Positions 24,572 to 25,468 of a stretch of 25,468 bases of DNA are shown piece after piece (within the stretch, counting starts at the first letter, position 1; the number at the start of each line of letters is the position of its first letter). The notes below the pieces were generated by a model. It was not told the origin of the DNA and made no database searches. It worked only from the letters and a program-made list of their open reading frames with translations. The translations under genes and the position numbers were made by a program. This DNA is from a virus (taxonomy: Duplodnaviria > Caudoviricetes): positions 1-25,468 of the IMG/VR virus record IMGVR_UViG_3300020042_009499. One strand, 5' to 3'.

Positions 24572-25468
24572 TTATAGTTCTAGGACAAATCCTATGGTTA
24601 TTTCAATGTTTTTAGCGTTCGGAACTCCTAGTAATTTTTCTTGAATAGAAACCTTACTGGTAGATGTTACGTTTTGCGCAGGGTCTACAATGGTGGCGTT
24701 TGCGCTTAATTCTGTGTTGCGTAGCATATCCGCAAGTGCGTTGTCTCCTGTGCTTTCCAAAGTCGCTACCGTTGCATCCTGCATAGTGCCATCTGCATTC
24801 AAAGGTAAAGGACTAGACTTGAACGGCAAGAAAGCTTTGTATAGCAATCTTTCCGCCTTTCCGATCACTCTATTGTTTTCAATGAATGCGTAATCAGAAC
24901 TTTGCAATACAGCCGTGTGGCTATCCTGATGATACGTGCCAGCGTCTCCGATAAACTTACGCAAATAGATGTAACGATAAACGTCTAATTGAGTAAGCAA
25001 CCCAGAAGCGATGTTTTTATACAATGTCCCGTTTGCAATTGCAGGGGTTGCTAATTCAGTGCCATTTGACAGGTTGAATTTTTGAACCCATGAAATATCT
25101 TCGTTCACAGAAGCCAATGAAACAGCCCCTAAACTTGCTCCTACACACGTAATTGATTTCCCGTATGCACAAAACAACTCGTATCCCTTTCCGCTAGTGC
25201 TAGTGTATGTGAATATTCCGTCAACTATTGGCGTGGCGTTTACCGCGTACCCGTCCTGCCCAATTATTGCCGAAACGTTTCTACTGTTCAAACTAGCTAA
25301 TGTTGCAAGAGTTGTCAAATCCGTTACGCTCACCATGTCAGCAGCATAAAGAATTGACTCAATCTTCATTTTGTTTGTAAACAAAGTATTGTCAATTGCC
25401 TGTATTGCTTGAATATCAGCTGTTGAAAATGCGGCCCCGTCTTTGTATACTGCAGCCTCCCTAATGTC
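24572..25468 (-). CDS. contractile tail sheath (DUF2586-like), 5' end beyond the window
   Basis: Frame stays open upstream of the track's TTG to base 25468 (DIREAAVYKDG...); SDYAFIENNRVIGKA, VDPAQNV, IEITIGF. Confidence 0.85.
   Translation of the reverse strand, partial: DIREAAVYKDGAAFSTADIQAIQAIDNTLFTNKMKIESILYAADMVSVTDLTTLATLASLNSRNVSAIIGQDGYAVNATPIVDGIFTYTSTSGKGYELFCAYGKSITCVGASLGAVSLASVNEDISWVQKFNLSNGTELATPAIANGTLYKNIASGLLTQLDVYRYIYLRKFIGDAGTYHQDSHTAVLQSSDYAFIENNRVIGKAERLLYKAFLPFKSSPLPLNADGTMQDATVATLESTGDNALADMLRNTELSANATIVDPAQNVTSTSKVSIQEKLLGVPNAKNIEITIGFVLEL

Noticed and set aside
14986-24893. Many + strand ORFs of 60-123 aa over the tail module
   Set aside because: Antisense shadows of clearly recognisable - strand structural genes
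25382-25384. TTG start for the sheath given in the ORF track
   Set aside because: The frame remains open to the window edge; the real start lies outside

Overview
All-phage window that appears to consist of two unrelated phage segments joined tail-to-tail at about 6830-6853. LEFT (1-~6850, all genes on +): piece of a probably large phage with an amidase endolysin and two holin-like genes, two Ser/Gly-rich fibre genes (one with 38 x 14-aa SHAEG YadA-like repeats), small hypothetical genes behind a thrice-repeated early-type promoter, and an HD-domain gene that breaks off at the junction. RIGHT (~6850-25468, mostly -): Bacteroidota-type contractile-tailed phage. In transcription order it carries sheath (runs off the edge), tube, tail chaperone with a -1 frameshift extension, tape measure, tube initiator, hub, spike, wedge, LysM-like protein, fibre adaptor and a 1212-aa fibre/SGNH esterase. 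An extended lysis block follows (holin-like genes, exported alpha/beta hydrolase, GH24 lysozyme, spanin candidate), then a + strand accessory block behind divergent TAnnTTTG promoters, and an early recombination block (RHH-like regulator, Sak4-like ATPase, YqaJ-like exonuclease, DLPF-tailed protein, KilA-N). Most notable: (i) the fibre-position protein and a nearby hydrolase both start with Bacteroidota-style Sec signal peptides; (ii) the junction appears to truncate both flanking genes; (iii) no baseplate J/I pair between wedge and fibre; (iv) an unannotated frameshifted chaperone extension. All family calls come from motifs and synteny recognised by eye, not from database searches. No tRNA, rRNA, CRISPR array, integrase or reverse transcriptase was seen.
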